Shown piece by piece: positions 56,594 through 64,000 of a DNA stretch of 64,000 nucleotides. A model generated the notes under the pieces. It did not search any database, was not told the DNA's origin, and saw nothing but the letters and a program-made list of their open reading frames with translations. How positions within the stretch are numbered: position 1 is the stretch's first letter; every line of letters begins with the position of its first letter. The translations under genes and the position numbers were made by a program. Source of the DNA: Chrysomallon squamiferum (lineage: Eukaryota; Animalia; Mollusca); contig CM022665.1 in the NCBI GenBank assembly GCA_012295275.1, positions 29,388,001 to 29,452,000 of the forward strand. The letters run 5' to 3'.

Positions 56594-59517
56594 TATTCCT
56601 GAAGGTCCATCTCATAAATAATATTTTATCTTGTGCAATAAAATATTAAATACAGTAACTCTTGCAAAAACAAAACAACTGACATAAGCAGGAATTGAAG
56701 AAATTTTAATTAATTTCAGCACAGTTTTTACTCTGTGTTCACAATTGTTGTAAATACCACATTAAGATCTAATTTTTAATTTAATTTAATTTAATTTTTA
56801 TTTAATTGGATCTTCCTAATATATGTATTAGAGAATTTTCTCAGATTGAGATTTTTATAACTGTATTACTATCCTTAGTATTTATTTTAAATAATTTATT
56901 TTTCCATGAACAGGTGAAAGAAGGGACCATTTATTTAATTAATTTTTTTGATGACAAACATTTGATGAAATTTATTGTATTAGGGGAAATATTAAACAAT
57001 GGTATTGTTAGTTTTACACTGATAGAGAAATATAATTTATAAATTAATTTCACATTGCATTTTAAAATATAAATAGTTTGATCTCACTCTTTATGAAAAA
57101 CCATGGCAAAGAGAGGTTTCTCTTAGTTTTAGTTACTGCTTCATTGACAAAGCATGTATATTAGCTTGTATTTAAGATGTAGTTCACTGCCGGAAACCGA
57201 AATTTATTGCAATCTTACTTTTTGCTTATTCTCAGTATTTTTCATCAAGATCTTTATTAAAATTTTAGTTTTTGTTGATCCAAACTATTATTTGAAATGT
57301 TTTAATTTAATATTTTAAAATCCTGAAATATAATAAAGTTAATCTTTCATACTTTTAAAAATTATCTTCATTACAAACATTTCTTTTTTTTTTTTTTTTG
57401 CCATTGGTGCATTGGATGTTAGATAATGAAAACAGCACAGTAGATCCTATTTTGGCTGTATCTTTATTAAGTTAATTTTTAGTTATTATTGGGGACCAGT
57501 TTCTTTTGATTTGGAAAAATATGTTGTCTTCAGGTAATTATTTCTTTTGTTTTAATTATTATTCAGTATGAGTACATACTAATCTGTATAAAGAAATTTC
57601 AACATGCATCAAATAATAAATGCATAATACTACTTTTTATGTGTGTGTACAGAAATTATTTTTCTGTGTGTTATTATATTCAGTTTGAATATCATTTAGT
57701 GTCTCTTTGTGTTAATTACTATTACTACTATTTTATATATATATATATATATAACTACACACACACACATACATACATGCATACATATACATCAAACTAA
57801 AATGAGAAAAATATATTGAAAATATTAAAGCCATGTCTGTTTGGAATATTCTAATGATAAAACAGGTGCAAAGGAACGAAGTGAAAACAACATTCTTTAA
57901 TCAACATCTACACAGTGAAATACAGTTATATCTCTTTATGTTAAAGACAAAAATTGAACAGTATATTTATCTCATTGACTAAGATGTATCATTTATTAAT
58001 TTTGTGAATTACCTTTAACATAACATGAGGTTTGTACAGCATTATCCATGTCGTAAAATAATTATTTATCTTTATCTGTGTTACTGAAATGATTTTAAAC
58101 GCTCTGGCTGTATGGACAGTTCATAATTGTTTCATATTGTTTTGGGAACTCAACTCGTGAGATGTATATCACTTTTACAAATGTTACTGAAAATATGGTG
58201 CATTTTGTACACATTTTGTGGTATTAAATAAAAGAGAAAATACTCAGTTGTTTGTCTTTTTGTCAGTATTATTTTTATTCTGGTTCCTTTATTCACATAA
58301 ACTATGTTGAAATTAATTACTCAAAAGAAGCAGCATTAGGAGGAATAATAATTCTAATTAATAAAAAAATTTTTTAAAATTATTTAGCATTCTAACGTGA
58401 ATGTGGCTATAATGGTACATCAATTTTGTTTTACATAGAATTTATATTTTTGTTTTCTTGCATAATTTTTAAAATTATGTGGCTTCTCCAGATAAATCTT
58501 TATACATTAAACTATTAGTAAGAATCGATTTGGTGACGGCACATCATCTCATTTAGACCATTATAAAACTGATTGGCGATATGGTCTCTGTCCTTATAAA
58601 AGACACGAATGCTTTTCGGAAAGAGCAGAATTTACGCTGGAATTAAAAGTAGACTAAACCGTTATCGTTGACTGGTTTTACTCTTTATCAACTAAGAAAC
58701 GACGTACAATTTATTCTGTCCTTTACAAACCAGCAGTGGAATTCGTTGATCACTGGTGGTAACAAACAATAATTCAAAAGTCTTTAACTGTATACGTTAC
58801 TTGCTTCAGAATCGTGTTATGTTGGTTGGCTTGGTGAATTATGCATGCAATTAATTTTATACAAAACGTGCACATTAAAATGATCAATAATTTAATCAAA
58901 TGTATTTAAATTAATACATTATTATATTTTCTACATAATACACAACATACACCATACAGGTAAATTATAAAAATAATAATAAATTATTATATGGGTCATG
59001 TATGATACCTTGATATATCGTGTGCTCGTCTGTTGATTTGTTTATATATATATAATTATATTTTATTATACTATTGTCGAACAACTCTATTATCTATAAG
59101 ACAGTTTATTACGAATAACGTTTGAAGTTGAAGATAACACATCTATTATGGTTTTATCTGTAATCACAGTAATGTGTGTACATTTTAAATAACATTTTAC
59201 ATATTAATTGAGTATCATTAATTAACAAAGAGTTTAATGGCTTGAACAGATATTTACACTTGAAGTAAATGTACTAGTCCTATTATTTTTGATATATATA
59301 TCCCTAATATACCATAATCATGTACAAAATAAGTAACATGACTAACTGTTATTTAAAAAAAATGAAAGAAATAACAATAATAAATAAATAAATAAATAAT
59401 CAAAAGCTTAAGAGGACTGAACAGAAATAAAATATCTTTATTTATCATACCAATGTTCTTGGTTAAAGTACGAATGTTTTACCAGTATTTTGTACATCAT
59501 TACAGAAAACTGACAGA

Positions 59518-62500
59518 ATGGAAGATATAACTGACAGTGTACAAACTGAGAGAATGGAAGATTTAACTGAGAGTGTACAAACTGATCGTCAGAAATACCT
59601 TGATGGTCTGGAGACATTTATTGCAGATACTCAAAAACAAATTTCATCAGTGTTGCAGAGGTTGTCTTGGACACCAGAACACTTTCAAAAGGTTCTGCAC
59701 CATTTTTTTTTTTTTTTATTTATATTATTATTTAAAATCCCAATTCTTGATGCTAATAGATTTTCAATAATGAATGAATTATATGAAAAATAATGTTTAA
59801 CATAAATACATATCTTTTTCTTTTTTTAATATATATATTATCCTACATAAATTAATACTTGTTTAATGGGACATTTCTAATTGTCATATCTATTAAATGT
59901 TAGTTGCTTTTATGTTTGAAGCATATGTTTGTCTTAATTTTGAGAGGAAATACCCTTCTGCAATGCCCAAAGTCAGGGCTGCTGAGAGTGATACCAGATC
60001 CTGAGGCTGGATGTCTAAACACCACTTAGATAAGCAGTGAATAAGTTTGCAAATACAACACAGGATACATTGAAACACATATTAAAAACATTAACAGCCT
60101 GGAATTAATTACTCTATGGAATGCTGTTAAATATCAATGTTATTTTCATTTGTTGATTTAGCCAAGAGACTGGGTTGTCTGTCCTAATGATGCAGGACAT
60201 ATTATGCCAGTGGCATCTCTCGAGAAACATGTACCAGTCTGTCAGTTAACAAAATTAGGATTTCGTAAAGATCAAATGGTAAGCAGTTTATAAATATCTA
60301 CAGTGAAAAACATCCATGAGTGATACCATTAATTAAATAAATACATTATTAATATGTTATATAATATTGTCTAAATAATGTCATACTGTTAATAAAATTT
60401 CATAAATATACTTTTATTCTGATATAGAATTATAATTTTAAAATATTATTGCTTCATACATGCATTAAACATGTAATAATTATGAATGTGAAGTATAATT
60501 ACAAATTTTTAAGACAACTAGGTGTTTTATTTGTATTTTTTTATTACCTTGTAAAAGAATAAACTTTTACATTTAACACCTTACATTTGTTATTATTAAT
60601 TTAAAATGAATTTGCAGTAAATCATTCACATATTTGAATTTCTTTGTTTTATTTTACATTATAGGATGTTCAGTTACACGATTACAAAGCTGTGCATGGT
60701 AATAATCCAGATATAGCACCAGTCATTATTGGTGAGTCAGATAAGCAGTATATGTTATTTAAATTTTCTTTACTTTTTTAGTCAGATAATTCATTTTAAA
60801 AATCTTTGTCATCAGTTAATAATACCTTTTGTTTTTGTGAAGATTTTTTTCTTTTCATTTTCTGAATTTTGAAGTAAATATATTTATAAAGCTTTTCACC
60901 TGCTGATAATAAATATCTTGATTAGATAATGGATATAAAAGTTGACCAGTGATTAGAACTGATGTAGGATCACACTTAGATGAAGATTTTTTTATTTATC
61001 TGATGATGTGGGATGTGGTTTCTGTTTACAAGGACGATGTGTAAAAGATCTTGTGTAGATAATTGATCACTTTAGCTATTTATTACATTAATTTTGATAA
61101 TGCACAGCATTTTGTCTCATTGTGTTTGGTTGGCATTTATCTCTTTTGTAATATATAACACATCTATATTGTAAATAATAAATATATTGTTTTTATTACA
61201 GATGAAAAAGTCCTGAATGAGATTCTACTTAATTATTCTTTGAAGAACAATTTAGGTAGGTAGCTTTCAGATTTATTTCAACATAAATATATTTTAAAAA
61301 CTATTTATAATGAAGAGTTCAAACAGTTCATATTTATTTGCTGACTTCAGTGATTGATAATTTTAAAGGTTGATCAAATTAGGATATGTTATTTAATATA
61401 AAATGTGAATTGTGTTTCTTTTTTTTCTCTTTTTTTTGTGCAACGAATTAGTAGACACAAAAACTAAAACTTCAGATTCAAAACATTAAAAGGATTATTT
61501 AGTTTTTTCCAGTATTACATTTTGAAGTATTTATATTGTTTATCCATGCATGGTGTACTCATTTCAGAATACTACATGACACCAAATATTTTAGATATAT
61601 GTAAAAGATATATTTAAATTTCAGTTTATTATGGCAATCGACCAATGCCAGCAACCCCTGAACAGGAGCTTGCTACCCTGTCAAGAGAAGAAAGGCTTGC
61701 TGTATATGAATATGTGGCTGAAAAAGCCAAAAAAGCAAATGAAATCCTTAATGTTGAAAGAGATGACATTCTAACAGTTGACTGGCAGGCCATTGTGAAG
61801 AATGGTATTTTCTTTCTAGATCAAACAAATTTGTTTTTATTCTTGGTTCCAGTATTTAAAAAGATCTGTTTCATTTTATTATTACAGTTGAATCTTTATC
61901 ACTATCAAGTTGAATAAGCTGTATGAGATGAATCTAGTAAATGTCTTAGTTAATATTTATGTCTAATGTTTTTCAGTTTTGCATTATGGCTTATAACATA
62001 ACAATTATGCAGATGTATTTGTACATACATACACTCCACATAGACACGCACACACACACACACACAAACACAAAATATGTCACAATAACACACCTGGTTT
62101 GACTGAATTCATAATGTTGTGAGCACTTACATTTTGAATTCTGTTAAAGGTGGCTTATTCAAGGATGATGAGAGTAAGCCTCGCAGTCACTTGGAACGAT
62201 TGGCAGAACTGAGAGATTACAAAAGAAGACGACCATCTTACCGAGCAAAGAATGTTCACATCACACAGAAATCTTACACAGAGGTTTTTAACAGAATTTT
62301 CTTTGTCTCTTCAGTGGCAAAAACCAGTAGCTTAGGTGGATTTTGTTAACTTCAATGTTATTGTTTTATTTCCTGATGTTAGAGTAAAATAATTATGAGT
62401 TTGCAAAGAAACCAGTATTTTGTTCACTGAAACGTAGAAGTGCAGCAGTTTTATAATGATTTATTTGGTCTGTCAGTTTTGTCCAGAAACACAGTAACGT

Positions 62501-62937
62501 GAATTAGAAGTGTACAAATGTTAATTAAATATTTTTAAATACAGTGACATGTACTTTTTAGATGATATTGAAGTCTATTGCCTTTATATTTAAATAATCA
62601 TTCCTTTACTTTTTGATCAGATTGTTTCTTATTATCCTGGAACAATTAGTGAGAGAGTAAAGTTGTGAATATTATTATATGGTATATTTTCAGTTTTAGC
62701 AGGTGAACAGCTAGTTTTATATATGTATTTTCATTAAATTCAATAAGTAGAAACAGTGAGCACAGAGGTTAAAAATGTATATATATATATATATTTTTTT
62801 TTTTTACAGATTATCCGAGAAGTAATTAAGAATCAGATAGAAGTTTTAGATCCAGCTGTCATATTAAAAAGTTTACAGATGACGATAAAAACAGAACCAG
62901 CTGATGAATTAAATAAAGATAGTGAACATAAAAAAAG
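59518..62937 (+). CDS. SNRNP48: U11/U12 snRNP 48 kDa protein (3' end beyond the window)
   Basis: Exons 59518-59691, 60162-60278, 60665-60731, 61202-61255, 61625-61804, 62150-62283 and 62810-62937 join in phase. There is a CHHC zinc finger (CPNDAGHIMPVASLEKHVPVC) and the hallmark LAELRDYKRRRPSYRAKNVHITQKSYTEIIREVI. Confidence 0.93.
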
Positions 62938-64000
62938 GTAATGGCATTTTACTTTACTTTCCTGTAAATATAAACTCCTGTAAACCAAACCCTCTGAAAA
63001 CCAGAATTCCCTCATGACCAGCTTATTTCTTGGGCCTGTGATATAGTCATATACACTAAAAATCCCTTGAAAAACTAAAACTTTTCTACTCTGAATACCT
63101 AACAAACTATCCTGTTTATTTAATACAAATTTTTCCACTGGTTTACAGGCTGTTCAGAGTAGCAGTTCTGGATTGTGTTTGAGTATCTGTGAAAACAATG
63201 CTGTATGTGGTCTGATAGCCAAGTTTTCATCATTCAAATCACTTTTTTATGTTCGTAACAGAGATAAACATGTGTACTGTGTTTATTAGGAATGATATTA
63301 GTATCTCTTCCCAATGAATTTCTTGCTATTTTTTGCTACTGAGTTTACATAAATGACTGACAAAGTACCCATGTATTTAATTCACTTTGTTTCTATTCCA
63401 TAATTCATATTTACCAAATATATAATTCTGAGTTTACGGTAGAAAATTTCAAAGTTATGTCAGTACCATTTCATTTCCATATTGAATGTCAACATGCTGG
63501 AACATCCATCAAAAAGGAATCATGTTGAGTTGTCATTGGATGATAAAATTATTAACAAGTATGGAAGTTTAACCAAACCAACATTACAGTTATTAAGTGA
63601 TTCATTTGGCTTTGGGAAATCTGCCTTGTCCAAAAATACACAAGAAAAATGAAATGTATAAATTACACTATGAAAATGGAAGCAAACTGAGGTGTGATAA
63701 CACATTTAATGAACTCATTTGTCAGGCACATGAGAAAAAATTCTCAGCTGTCTAATACTTGAAGGGGAAAGAAGTGAATTTGCAAAGAAATTGTTTATTA
63801 CAGATTTAAAGGACAGGTGGAATGTGAGATATTCTTTATTTACTAGCTGGACAGCATCGTTGAACAATATTATGAAGAGAAAAATTATAATGTTATTCAA
63901 TAATGCAAATTCACATGGCCACGAGTAATGTGAATTTTGTTTTTGCCAGCCTTTACATACTTACATCTCCAGGTGTTTGATCAAGGGATTATTCAGGCTT

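Noticed and set aside
59692-64000. USSE (tandem U12-type 5' splice-site feedback element known from SNRNP48 introns)
   Set aside because: Looked for tandem RTATCCTT-like motifs and found only isolated partial matches. A divergent element cannot be excluded by eye.

Overview
Very AT-rich, intron-rich eukaryotic (animal) genomic DNA. It is probably from an invertebrate such as a mollusc, but that is inference. There is nothing prokaryotic and no CRISPR array. Splicing GT-AG exons by hand and checking reading phase gives about 11 protein-coding genes, in order: SLC3-family amino-acid-transporter heavy chain (-), ALKBH1 (-) head-to-head with a SLIRP-like RRM gene (+), an orphan 181-aa ORF (+), an ankyrin-repeat/SOCS-box gene (-), a very divergent 16-exon TOP6BL/TOPOVIBL meiotic gene (-) that is almost invisible in the ORF track, MBIP (-), two tandem atypical Rho-family GTPases (+), a TJAP1/BEGAIN-like gene (+), and SNRNP48 (+, runs off the window). 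Several TIR-bounded non-autonomous DNA transposons, a decayed MULE transposase and many microsatellites are interspersed. The main highlights are (1) a tandem pair of Rho GTPases with replaced Q61/A59/T35 positions and a shared insertion after switch I, (2) the hidden TOP6BL with an intact REC114-binding tail, and (3) the ALKBH1-SLIRP divergent pair, also seen in human. All homology calls come from recalled motifs, not database searches.
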